From Lingula anatina (Eukaryota; Animalia; Brachiopoda): 64,000 bases of DNA. The DNA lies in NCBI GenBank assembly GCA_051362555.1, contig CM120645.1:6138001-6202000 (forward strand), written 5' to 3'. The position numbers were made by a program, and so were the translations under genes. Under the pieces are notes generated by a model. That model did not search any database, was not told the origin of the DNA, and worked only from the letters and a program-made list of their open reading frames with translations. Position 1 is the stretch's first letter. Each line of letters opens with the position of its first letter. Shown in pieces: positions 14,201 to 27,481 of this stretch.

Positions 14201-14327
14201 AGAACACCCCGTGTACATGACTGTGTCCACAACGAACGTATCACAGTATCGACCTACAACAATGAGTCCGCCGATTTCTCAGTCATGTGTGATCTTTTTG
14301 TTACACGGGTACTTTTAAGTGCTATTT

Positions 14328-14376
<49 letters not shown>

Positions 14377-14378
14377 AA

Positions 14379-14424
<46 letters not shown>

Positions 14425-14426
14425 AA

Positions 14427-14480
<54 letters not shown>

Positions 14481-16319
14481 GGAGGGAGGGAGAGACAACA
14501 TAAAGGTACAAAAAAGAAAGTTTGAAAAATGAAAGAAAGAAAAGGGAGGTACATGTAATAGGAACTGAGGGAGTTGGGAGAGAGAGAGAGAGGCAACATA
14601 AAGGTACAAAAAAGAAAATTTGAAAAATGAAAGAAAGAAAGGGGAAGCAATAGGAATTGAAGACAGCAATAAATATTGCGCGCGCGCGAGAAAGAGAGAA
14701 AGAGAATATGCAAGAACGAAAGTACTTGTTTAAATATCCTTGCTGTAATCATAATAAACAACCGTCATGAACACACATTTCCCTAGTTTATCTCAGTTGG
14801 AGAGCTATTTTCACAGATAGATTGATTTAAAGTGTAACGAGATTAAACTCAATCCAATGAGTACAAAACAGGGACGATAATCGAAAACATTTAACTTCAT
14901 CCAACGAGCTTTAACTGGCACGACTCGAGGGAGTCACTGTTCCACATTTCACTTAAACTGCAATTCCCATCTGTTGCATGGTTATTATTTATATTCACTG
15001 CATCTTTTGTATACACCTAGAAATGCCACTGCGCGTGCACACAACATTATTCACAGCTCCTTGCTTCGCTCTCCATCCGTCTATCGGAAAGGCATGCGCA
15101 CAGGAAGCGAATAATTGGCTCGGAAAATCGCTAAAACAGATTCACAAAGCATTTTCTATATTTTTCAATAAATCGCCAACATTTTTGCATTTTTGTTTTC
15201 TATAATCTCATAGGTACCCACCGAAATTCCATTCTAAACTTTAGAGCAAAATGTTAATTTTTTTTACAAATATTTTAAAACTTTAATGAACATCATCGTT
15301 CAATCACAATAACAGGAAATCACAAACGCATTTTCATTTATTGATTTCGCACCCTATGCCTTTGAATCTAAGAATGAGCAATAAACATATTTTACCTCTC
15401 TTAACCTAGAATCAGATTTTTGATATTACTTTTTTGCGTATTTTCAATTTTCTTTCGCCTTCTAAACTCAATAATCTTCAACACTTCTTTTGCCATATCA
15501 TTGTCAATTTATTTCACGCACACATTCCCGTCATCTAATGCATTCGCTGCAAGATTAACGACTCCACACTGAATACACAGTGCTTTTTTCTATTTGAAAA
15601 AAAAACAGCTCTCTGATATGAAAGAAATATTGCGTAAATGCCGCGACAGCTGCAGCTGTTTTTAAGGATACACACGAGCGTCGTCCTATTTAGGTTTGAT
15701 TAGGTTCTGTCTATTACATTTTCTGTAGCAATCTTTGCACACGCACGTCACTGGGTTACCAACTGTGCTTCGTTTCGTTGAGAAGTTGAGTCTGAAAAAA
15801 CTTGGTCTTAACATGAAAATCGAACATTTTTAGACTCCTATAATCCGATTTGATCTATAGAGGTTTCCTAAAATGTAATATCTGGTGGTCTAAAATATCA
15901 ACCGCCTTCTTTTCATTTACCTATGGAGAAAATACAGTCATATTTCCGCTCGTGTGACAAGGGCATTGTAGAGAGTGATTTTACTACAAATATTTTTACT
16001 ACATTTAGTACGAGCATATAAGAAATGGAAATCATTTAGAGATCACAGCATCACTGCTAAATATGGGATGTAGAACTTGACGATAAAATTTTATTTTTTC
16101 ATTTTTGTCTGCTTTCCAGCCGACGGTCAAGTCTCCATGGAAGAATTCAGTGTTGCACCTTGGTTGCTGGATGCTGGCGAACCCGAAGACATCGTCATTG
16201 AAGAACTCAAAGAGGACATCATCGAAAAAATCGACAAATATCAAAGAAAATCTTACAAACAACACCATCATGACAAGGAAAAAGACAATCTGGAGAAAGA
16301 AGAGAAAGAGAGTCTATAA
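11203..16319 (+). CDS. Secreted acidic EF-hand calcium-binding protein (~241 aa, two EF-hands)
   Basis: Exon 1 11203-11728 and exon 2 16120-16319 (phase 1). Signal-peptide-like start MRSFILWMCLSAIVVSRG and a D/E-rich pro-region. EF loop 1 is DSDRDGFISLTE; EF loop 2, DTDADGQVSMEE, is completed only across the splice junction, which supports the gene model. Confidence 0.85.
14332..14645. repeat. Compound (GA)n microsatellite with ~48-bp higher-order units and a ~100-bp direct duplication
   Basis: (GA)n blocks are separated by ggtaaaaaaaca. caacataaaggtacaaaaaagaaa..tgaaaaatgaaagaaagaaa occurs twice (~14496 and ~14594). Confidence 0.9.
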
Positions 16320-17976
16320 TGCAATCAACCAGCTGTCTTGTTATATTAAAGGGATACTATTGTTTCGGTGCGATCTGGATTTTCTTGGAACGCTAAATTG
16401 CCTTCTTTAAATCGCTTCTACATTGCCACCCTGTCAAGGACTTGTGGCCGGAGGGGGCATTCATCTTACATCTTCTTAAATAAAAACGACAATAAGAATA
16501 TTGGATTCAATTATCAAGATTCGGATGCTCATTGATAAAATGTTATGTATCGTTTACGCCATATTTTATCAAATTCTGGCTGAACAATTATTTTCGGATA
16601 TTCGTCAAAGTTCGTGCGTGTTATTATGAGTTGATACAAACGTATAAGAGTAAACAGGATAATAAAGAAGTCACATCTCGCACGGGTCTAACTCAAAACG
16701 GTTGTAGACGAACTTCAAGGAAGTTCAGGTTGATTGCATTTTAAGATGCTGTTCACACTGGATACCTTGTGTTATCCGAGCGCTCAACTCGAGCGAGTGG
16801 CCCGAAGAACACATTCGTCTTGGAGTTTATCTAAAAACGATTTTTGTTCAAACGGTGCTAGATGCGACCATATATTCGCCTTCAAAATCCTAGTTTCTCA
16901 ATATTTGAGGGAACAGCTGCTGCAAGTTTAAGCAAACATCAATATCACCTAAAACATGTCCATTAAACTGCAGGATATGGGTTGCCGCTCAGCAGTTATT
17001 CGGGTTATGGATAGAACGTTTTTGAGTATGCCAACCTGAAAGCAAACCACCGCCGATAAAAACATTTCCGATTCTATGAAAAAAATCAGTAACGATCGCA
17101 TATGACTTCAATTGCTCGATTGTAAATGTACTTGGATTTCCTTCCTGCGGTCAAATATAATATAATCTTCAACTTCACTTTGTTTCCTGTACTTCAGTTA
17201 TGAACAAAATCGGTGCACTAAATACCCGATATCTTACAGAGTGGCTGTCTAGTAATGTTTTTGGATTGGTTCGATAAATTTAGTCTCTCTCTCCTCTTCT
17301 CCCTATATCTCTGCTACGAATAATTCAAAAAACGGCTCAGTACATGAAAGAAACTTCGGGGTGTCTTAGAGTGTCCCTTTTCTCGTTTTATAAGAAGCAA
17401 GGTAGGAGGGGAGGGGAGGGATCCGCATTGTTGTTTTGGAAAAGGGCGTAAACGCAGTCATACACATGGCTTCCCCTCTATCCATCTTTGCTTTGCGCGT
17501 ACTGTTACTGCATGTAGTGTAGCTATATATTTGGCAAACTTACAAGCTTTTTTCAATTTGCTAGACTTTATAGAGAGACACTCAGAATAATACTGAAAAT
17601 GCGGCGAGATACCTTCCCACTTTGAGGGTGGCAAAAACCGGATAAAACCTGCCATTTCAACTATTCAGCCGACTATTTGCTACTTCGCACCTGTTGAACA
17701 CGATATCTGCGGCTTCGGGTTCTTTTCAAGTGTAGACAGCTATACAATGGTTTCGTGTATGCAGCTGTCCACTGTTTACTTCCCCAAGGCTTCCGAATGA
17801 ACAATGTTTTCAGATGGACGTGATAACCAGGAGACAAGAAACCACTGCTCGCATACCTACACTTCCAAGCTTCGTTCGGACCAGTTTAAAACTAAACTCA
17901 CTTCGGGCGAAATTGTGTCGACAGAACACCAATTAACGGTTCCCAGTGATTTGGATTTTCAAGACGCAGTGGGGCA

Positions 17977-18727
17977 TTACTTTGTGATTGGGCAAGTTTT
18001 GTATCTATCTGTGTGTTGGGGGTGGAGGGATTACAACAGCCCGATAGTATCCAAATCAGTCCGATAAGTTAGTCCCATTCTATTAGGAATCTTTTTGAAA
18101 AAAAACTACAATATGTTTCCCTTTTGAAGAGGAGAGTTAAGTTGTTTTGAAATTGACATGAAAACTGTGGAAGGGCAAAATACTTCCACTTAACTTACTG
18201 ACTCTAATTTGTTTGAGGATTACTAAAGAATCTTGAAGTATTAAAAAAATCGAAATGAGACGCAACAACCCCGTGCACAGAGAAGTGTAAATATTTAAGG
18301 ATGCACATGATAGCTGCAGAAAAGGAATTTTAAACTCAAGTGCCCATAGCAGGCTGTTTGTTGAATATTTGAGAAGAAACAAAATTCACATGCCATGTTT
18401 GTTTTGAAAGGCGTTTCTTAATTATAGTGTTTTGAATTTCAGCCTTCTGGCTAAGCACAGACCATAGACAACCTTAGAAATGGCTTCTTAATCGTTTAAT
18501 TTTTTCAAAAAAAATTATCTTTATTTGTATTTATAGCACTCCATTTATTCTCCTCCAAGTGGGTTTACTGAGGAGGTGTAATATTCTCGTCAATGCATAA
18601 AACTGATATTCAAACAATGACTTAACCATCAGAAATGTTCATTCGTGCATTTTGCTGTCAGTTATTTTATTTCCCGCGAAAAGCAAAGATTCAAAACCAA
18701 ACAGAAGTCGTCTGCTGGAAACGTCAG

Positions 18728-18764
<37 letters not shown>

Positions 18765-19237
18765 GTTCACAAAATGCCTTTCTAAAATATAAGAACCCAA
18801 CTTTTTCCTATTTAAAAGAACGTTTAAACACCCACACAAAGGATACAAAACAACCATCAATTAAACGTGTACACTGCGGTGGTAAGGATAAGCAAAAGCG
18901 GGGATGTATAAAGAAATACCTACCGCCAAGTGTTCACAATGAGGAGCAAAACATAAGGACAGATTGTTGAACACGAAGCTTACACGTAACGCGACACTTT
19001 AAAAATAAGATGTATCCTTAAAGCACTTTGCTACACTAATTTGAGAAGGCCTAGTTGTTAGCGGGAGAGTGGATCTTTTGGTGCGGGGGCGGTCGGCTGA
19101 AACCATTGCTGAAGCACTGAAGCACCCTGAATTTCAGAGTTCAGCAGTAACTTACTTCCATGACAAACATGGCGTCTCCAGTGTCACCGCCAGCTCTCAG
19201 AATCTCAGGGCGGGCCTCTGTTAACTCTCAATGGTTC
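17977..19237 (-). other. Possible spliced minus-strand transcript (53-aa microprotein or lncRNA)
   Basis: Candidate exons 19237-19156 (gccATG, donor GAA|gtaagt), 18313-18199 (acceptor ttttctgcag, donor gtaagt) and from 18008 join in frame to MFVMELSCASLNIYTSLCTGLLRLISIFLILQDSLVILKQIRVNRYKTCPITK*. No homology recognised. Confidence 0.3.
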
Positions 19238-21278
19238 CTTGATTGAAAAAGTAAAAAAAAGGAGTCAAAGCACTGTTGACAAAAAAAGTAAATCGTTGCT
19301 AAGAGACCACACGGAGTTGGGTCTATCTAAGTAAAATGATTGTTTCATTGGGAACGAGCTATTATATTCACCGATTCACTCACTGATGTGACCATAATTA
19401 ACTTTTTTTCTATCTTTACACTTGAAACAACGAAAAACATTTTCGTTGGTGCAGACTATAGTCCCACGTTCCGACTCTCTCTCTCTCTCACTCTCCCCAA
19501 ATGCTACCACCAACGCCATGATAACTGTTTCCATAACAACACGGGCGTGGCTCGGGCCTGGAGGACGTGTATTAAGACAACGCACCTTGCTGTAATATTT
19601 CCACGGGAACATACACGGTAGTTTACTCAGACACGGAGCCGAGGCCTCTCATCCTAGTTAGCACACAAAGTAAACGGATTGTAGTTTGTCTTTCTCGTTT
19701 CACAGCGCAAGGTATTTTCTAAATATTTGGGAACAGCGAAGGGGGTATGATGAATGGAAATGTGCCTGAAAACACCATTTGATGTGTGTATTAAGAAATG
19801 TGATTTGTCGTTTCTCTTTTTACATTTTGATCTCAATTTTAACGCCAAAATTATTTTTTATCATCTAAAAATGTGAAACTGTTGACATCCCGAAACAGCC
19901 TCTTTGATGATCATTTCTTTAACAAAAACATATCCATCAACTTATTAAATATATTATTTGGCCGATAACGGATAGGTTGTAAGGCATTAGACACAATATT
20001 TTGTATAAAAAAACGAGTTCTGTGCTTGATTTGTATTCAATAATCTTTTAAAACATTGATCTTAAAAAATGCGTTTAATTTTTTTTAAAGTCTGCTTGAA
20101 TATTTAGGGGGGATAACATTGGGTATTATTGGAATCCGTTTTCAAAGAGCATCTCCAAACAGCGTGACCCCACTCAAACTTGAACAGTTGTAGGGAGAGT
20201 TCCGTTTCCCTTTTACCTTACCGAGACCCTACCTAAAAAAAAGTACACAAACAATCTTTTTTTAAAACACAAATGAGACATAATTATCGCGCTTAGTGTG
20301 TAGACCACGCGTTTGAAAGGTCACATTTCATGTACGCCAAGTTAAATTGCCGCAAGTTACTAAAGAAGACACCATCGGCGAGGTCAACGAGGTGACTGCA
20401 ACTTGTTGAGCGCCAAACAGGCGCAAGCATTCCGAAATATCTCATTTCGATCCATATTTAGGAATACCAATGTAATTTTATATTGCTTAGATCTTTTTTT
20501 ACAAGGTTTAAAATTGGGACTAAATATGTGGAGAAGTGCACGTAAATGCAAGCAATTCTTCTTGACAACTAAAAGTGCTTTTTCAGAATGATATCATCAT
20601 CGAAAGAAATGTTTGAGAGCATTTTTGGCGGGGAGGGGGGGATTTCATGTGAACTCAAAAAAAGATCACAAAATGCTAATAAAAAAGGGAGGTATGGTGA
20701 GTGGGTAACCTTCCCCTCCCACGAATGTCCATATTTTGATAATTTTTCGTAGTATCCATAATTTCCCCAGCTTTTAAACAAGGAGAAAATCCTCCGAATA
20801 TATTAGAAGGAAAATCCCATATTCCTGTGTGAAGCACTTATTTTAGTATTGCAGCAGATTAAACAAAGGCATATTTTATATCCTCGATCTTTTGCTATGG
20901 CCTGTGATGGTATGATTGATTCCTCGATTTTTTTCTTTTTTTTTTTTTTTGTAATAAACGCAGACCAACGGCACCGTTTTCCATACCCCATTCTAATGCG
21001 ATGCAATGAAGTAAATATGAGAGGCGAAAAAAAAAAAAAAACAGAAATCCCCAGGCAATGTCAAAAGTCAGATGTCATAAGGCTTGATTTTGTGCTCGGC
21101 TGATTTCTCCCTCAGTGCTCCATGTTCTTTCATGAAAAAAAAAGTATGTCTGTTTGGTTTATCAGTAATCGATCCCCGTACCAGACCAGTGTTGGCGGCA
21201 TATGATATTTAGACACCAATTAAAATGACTACGATCTTCATCCAGGGAGGGGGAGGAGGCACACAACTTTTATTATAA

Positions 21279-21311
<33 letters not shown>

Positions 21312-24300
21312 TTGACATTGTGGAAGTGGACAATGAGGGATGTACGGTCCGTGATTCAGTTGTCAAAACATTTTTACCAAATTTTAAAATATACTACTAC
21401 TACTAATACTAATAATAATAATAAAAGAAAATGAAAAATTTACATAACTTCTTAATTAAACAAAAAAATAATAATTATAATAAATGGCACTGATATTTAT
21501 TTTTAGTCTCATTTCATTTTCATATTCACAAAAAAGTAATAATCATAACAGGTGCCAAAGAATGTTTCAGAATTTGTAGATTTCTATTCTATATTGATTC
21601 CAAAGTTTTTCGTGTCACTGGTTTATGTTAACAGACACTGCAGTTTCTCTCACATTGCTATTCTATTCTGTTATTGCAAGTTCTCATCTTTCTTGTTTAT
21701 TTGTATGGGATGTCAGTGCACAAATATTGATAGATATTTTTGTTATATCATCACATTGCACTGAATCCACTCTGACTTCTTGAACATTTATACGGCTGGT
21801 ATTTAGTCTTTTAATGAAAAGAATTTTCTTTTTCCATGTTGAAAAAATGCAGCAAACAATTCAGCAATTATAAAAAACACTCATTCATCCTATGAAATAA
21901 AGGTAACAACCAATGCATTTGAAAAGACAGTATTTATTGAAATAAATGAACAATGTTTAAACTGAGCAAGAATACTGAATAATGTAAATATTTACAATCT
22001 GTCCATTAAACATAATAATAATTAATAATTAAATGTTCAATATGTTCTGGAGTGTGGTAACACAGATAAAAAAAAGGACACCCCACACATTTCTGTGCAA
22101 GTAACTTATTTGTATAATTTTATAAGACTGTATATTTATTCTTTGGACAAAGACCAGTGACATTGCTCTATACATCTGCAGTAAAACTTGAAACTTCTGA
22201 ATCAATCTTTTTACATTTTTAATGAGTACAATCTGTACAAAACATGAAATCTTCAACTTTTCTACATTGTGGGTACTATATACACTTGAACTTTCAGTGA
22301 AAGATATATCCTCAGTGTGGAAGTGTTGTACACAACAATGAATCAATGTTTAATACCACATCTATAAACTTAATAAAGATAACAATGCTTATCAAAGACA
22401 ATCAATGCACCACCAGAGCTACAAGTTGTACTCCAGTATACAATGTAACCCAACCCAACAATGCCACTACTTAAAAATACATTAAAATAATAAACATTTT
22501 CCGTGGTATTTCAATTCAATTTAAATAATCTTATGTAATGCTATAAGTCCACATAAATTCATGGTAAGGAATCTAATGCTGTTAAGAAGTACTCAGAGTT
22601 ACCAAAGAAGCTGTGTCCTGTTTTATCTGTTATGGAGTCAATATGGATTCCATTTATAGTATTTGCGTTTTTATGTCTGCATAACCAAATGAGTGACACT
22701 ATTTGCATATTAAGACTCAGAAGCATGCGAGGGTTCATTTACACTGAAGATAGATAGACCTTTTTTTGTATAAACCTTCTCCATTGAGGTACTTCATTCA
22801 AATAAGCTCATCATAGGCAAAGAGTGGATTCCCTCCATTTTCCGTTGACCACCATGTCCTCTGATGGGCATAACATGATTAAATTTGGAGTAAAAAATGG
22901 AATCACTTGCTGCCTATGGTGAGATCCCACTAGGACCTACCTATCTTCATTGTCAGTGCACCTTTAGATATGGTATTAGAAAGGTTCAATAATAGCATGA
23001 AATAGCATTAATTGGTGAAATGGTATACATGTCTGAGTTACTTAAATATTAAACTATGTTACCATTATACCGCTAAAAGCTGTTAATGATATTGCATGCA
23101 TCACATACACGTAGTGTTGCATCCTTTACTATTATATTTGTATACGTATATACTATTTTACTGTAAATCTTAGAAGTGTAGTAGCTACCACAATCTATGT
23201 TATTGCAAATGTCAATGTTGTGTTGTCAAATGTCATGGTAATTATTCACAAAATTCAAACCAAGGATCCTAGTTCGAATGCCTCAATTGATTCATAACTT
23301 AAGTTTCTTGCCAAAACATGCTTCAATTTAAAAACATTTGAACAAACCTTTTCTGGTATTATCTAGAAAAGATTTTTTTTTTTTTTTTTTGAAAACGAAA
23401 TTCGTAAATTTTGTTTTAACTTTGTGAGTAATTACAGTGTTCTAGCTGTCATGTTATGTGTTACCATTTCTTTTGGCCGTTACCAAGTGAGTGCTGTACA
23501 TGTTTGTGTTACCATGTTACCATGTGACCCTGTGCCAGCTATACCATGTTACCACTACAAATAACTATGTTACCAAGCCGTCTATACTCCCTCCACCTCG
23601 AAATCTGGTCCAATCCTTGAAGGAGCAGGAAACAAGAAGAAATGTATGAGATGAGGCGCAGTACACAAAACAGGAAGTGCTCAACAGGAAGTGCTCAGTG
23701 TTAAAATCTGATAAAAAGGAAGAGGAAACAAAAAAGACTGTTAGTAAAACTAAACAGGAAAGGAAAAGTATACTACAAGAGTGGGTCTGGTGCAATCTTT
23801 GATGCTGGGATCAGATATTGTGTTCTCATTCAATATTATCAATTCTTGATATTACGGAGTCCCATTAAACCAGTCCATCCTCCCTCCAATTAAGGGAATT
23901 TGGAAAGTTTGGTTCACAACCTCAAAAGAGAACAAAAATTAAAAAGAGTTAAATTAGGGAGCAAACATGTCCATACATTTTCATGAAAATGGAGTAAAAG
24001 TTCTGTATATTTCCTGTGAAAGAAAAACAAAAAGGGTAGCATTTTGTCTGATTCCTGTCGGCTCTTGATCAACCCCTAACAACTCTAATCTCATGCAAAT
24101 TCCCAGGTGAGTGCAAAAATGTGCCCAAGTAAAAAAAAAATTATGACACATGCATTAAAGGCATGCATTTTGTGATTTGAATATGATAAGGGGTCAAATA
24201 TCAGGTGTAAAAGCTTGACCAACTTTTAAAACCCATGTTAAAGGTTGTGCACTTCACCCCACCCCTCCAATGATCCCAAGGGCTATCCAAATACCCATCC

Positions 24301-27300
24301 TTTCTGTCTGTCCTGGCTGTCTGTACTCCATAATCGAAAAAAATTGAAATGCATATCATATGTTTTGAATTGTAGTATAATCCTTCAAGAAAATTAAACT
24401 TTTTGTGAAGACCCACCAAGTAGTATCACTTTTGAAATTAACATCAGGTTAGTACATATACTATCAGATGCACACAAATATGCACATGTGTACGCACACT
24501 TAGCTGAGTTCAAAGTGGTTGTTGCAAATGTGCAAGTGCATATGAAAGGTGCATATTTGCAAGCAAAACATGCTACACTTGACCACTTTGGGTGTATTTA
24601 TCAAGTTAACTTTTCAAATCCATCCAATTTCTTTTTATTCTGGTAGAATTTACATCTGTCATAAGAGAAATTCAGTCATGTAACCTGCCACTTAAAATTT
24701 CCAAATCTAGTGTAACATTTTTTATAAAAGGCAATCTCATACTGGTCAATGATAATAAACAAAAGTGAGGCAAAAAAATTCTAACATGAAAATGTGAAGG
24801 CATATGTATATGTTATTTAGGGGTTTGTGAGAAAAAATGTCAATGATAAAACAAAAATATGCATAAACTAGGAAGAGACATAGTAAAATATTTTGTACAA
24901 GAACCATAGAAACTAAATTTACAACAGCACCAATACCAATACAATACTGCTGCACACTTTTTGAAACATAAATAAAAAAATCACATACCAAATCTTTTTA
25001 ATTCTGCAGAAACAAACATCTAACATGAATTGCCACTAAAAATGGCTAGGTTGGATCAAACAGTGAACCAAAACCAAATAAAACAGGATCAGTTTTTACA
25101 CAGTTGAACACCCAAAAAATCTAAAGACAAAAAGTGTTGTAACAAAACTCTCACAACAAGCACTTCATACAATCAATAGAATAAATCAACAATCTGTCTT
25201 CAAAAAGGCACAATTTTAAAATTAACAATTCATTTTATACATCTGTATGTCATAATGGCATTACTGTAAATCTTAAAACAGACTTTAAGATGATCAGCCA
25301 TTGTTTGCAAACATTAATGGCACTTAAGGAGCAAAGTAATTCACATACAAGTGACCCTAAGAGAACTGAAGAATGATACTAGTGAGAAAATGTACACACC
25401 TTTTTTATACCAGCAATGTCAAAACAATATCAGTTTCATTTAGTTTTGCCTACACTCATGCCATGTGATAGAAATAGAGTAATAACCCATTGTCTTCAAA
25501 CAATTTAAAGAAATTCTATTCCTGCATGATGCTTTGATAATAATAATAACAGACCAAAGGCATGAAGTTTTCAACTAATTCTGTCATCGTTATCCTCTCC
25601 CCCTGGTGGTCTGAGAACTGACCATCTGATCATGATGTGAAGCTTAGCATCCTTATCGATCTAAATAATTTCTGGTCTGACTGCATCTCTTGATCATACA
25701 TAATATGAACCAGACCCCGTCTATTTACTCATGAAGCCCCCACTAACCTCTGACATCAAAACAAGTGAACCATTTGAATTCTGCTATACATTTTGGCTTT
25801 CACTACTTTTTTGTGATTATTTTTTTCAAGTTTTGTTGAAAACAATGCACATATGATAGTATTTGACCAAACGAAAGAATTTCCTGATGCACATTTTGAA
25901 TTCAAAACAGTTATTTTTTATTGAGTAGTTATACCACTGAATATTTGTGGTGTCAAACTTCAAAGGTTGCCAGAAACAACCACTGTCAGTCAATGAAGTA
26001 TGTAAAATCAAGCCACACACTTAAAACACCTGCAGAAGAGTTCAGTGGAATAATTCTTATTTGAGATATCACAGGGAAAATGCTATTCTAAATCAAGCCT
26101 TTAATGAACAGACTTTGACTACATTTTTTGTTTTCTATATCTATCTTCTGATCGGGATGAAATGTGAGATGATCAAATGTGATGGGAAGAAAAAATATAT
26201 ATAGACTGTTAATATGTTTTTTTTTCCTAGGAAAAAGACTCTGAAACAAGGTGGGTTAGGACAAAAATCTTAATTTTTTCTTTAAATACTAAGAAACAAA
26301 AACATTCTACCTTAAGCAAATGTGAAGGCATTATTACATTTTTTTCAACAGTTTTGTCATTGATGTGGTATAAAATTTGATTTGGCAGAAAAAAAAGGGA
26401 GGGGGATCAAAATAAATCTATGCCCAGGGAGGTTCAAAAGTCAGTCTGATTCATCACCCCAGCTGACAAGTGACAAAAGAAAAGATTTACATTCTTTTCA
26501 CTTGTGACAGTTGTTGAGAGCATGGAAGATTTGATGTGAAATGTGAAGCAGCTGTTCAAACATGCCTACCAATGAATGCTGAAATGTACTATAAAGGCAA
26601 ATTTTCTTTCTTAAATGAATCATTGGATGATTTAGTTTTGAAATAGCTTCTATATTTAAAGGTTATTTACATGTCTATTTTTTACTTTAAAGATATTTGT
26701 GACACTTACATAATATATTTTCAATGAATAAGAAATACAAATGTTAGCAGTATTTTGTAATTATTAGGGTACTACACAGAGTTTACAAGCTTTTGGGATG
26801 AGAATGACTGTCACATTGATTTTTTAAGAGCTGAAAACATAACAAAGGCTTCTGGACTCACTAAAAAAATTCACGAAATTTTTGCAGTATAAGACACAAA
26901 TAATTGGGATTCATTTTTTCATTTTTCTAATAGGTCACATTATCAGAGTGTAACATTCTCCTTGTTTTTGAACCCACTGTTATAGGCCTAGACCACTTAA
27001 GGGATATGTGGTGTAAGACCCTGACCAGTATTTTCAATACTTTCAATTACCATTTCTATAACTAGAAATCAGTGATATACATTTATGTGGTATATGATAC
27101 TAGAAGTGTATGGAGTCCACTTTATGTTGCACTTTCCCCTACGAACAATATCATATTATTTTATTTTACATGTACCTATATACCTGCTATTGTGCCATAA
27201 TCTCTGCACCCCTCCCTTTTCCCCTAACTCACCCCCTACCTCCAACAGACAGTCCTTCACATGGAAAATTCTTACATGAGCCAGCATTACTCTGCAGAGC

Positions 27301-27366
27301 CATCAACAAACTCTTTCACTCATGAGAAGCCAACTGCCCACCCTGAACACGTGCAAAGTCCTACAC

Positions 27367-27465
27367 AGAAGTTGAATACCACGCAGACTACGACTGTAGT
27401 CATTTAGAAATGTTGAATACCACACAGATTAGGACAGTAGTCATTTAGAGATGTTGAATACCACA
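27367..27465. repeat. ~41-bp tandem repeat (~2.5 copies) just downstream of the IDH3G stop
   Basis: The unit gttgaataccac.cagact..gac.gtagtcatttaga.at is repeated. Confidence 0.8.
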
Positions 27466-27481
27466 AGGACCAAGTCCTATA

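Noticed and set aside
14315-14761. Several ORFs with SLSLSL/ERERER translations (also at 5531, 18635, 43149, 62566)
   Set aside because: They are translations of (GA)n/(CA)n microsatellites, not proteins.
19195-19237. ggcccgccc-TGA on the minus strand as an antizyme-like +1 frameshift or selenocysteine site
   Set aside because: There is no long downstream ORF, no antizyme homology and no recognisable SECIS.
21286-21313. Long poly-T as the tail of a retrocopy
   Set aside because: No adjacent ORF or target-site duplication was identifiable.
22778-22862. Exon-like segment on the minus strand with GHGGQ resembling the IDH3G DLGGQ motif
   Set aside because: All three frames stop quickly and the similarity is marginal.
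27367-27465. Repeat-spacer-like pattern resembling a mini CRISPR array (also 54680-54840)
   Set aside because: The 'spacers' are themselves near-identical, so these are ordinary tandem repeats; the context is eukaryotic with no cas genes.
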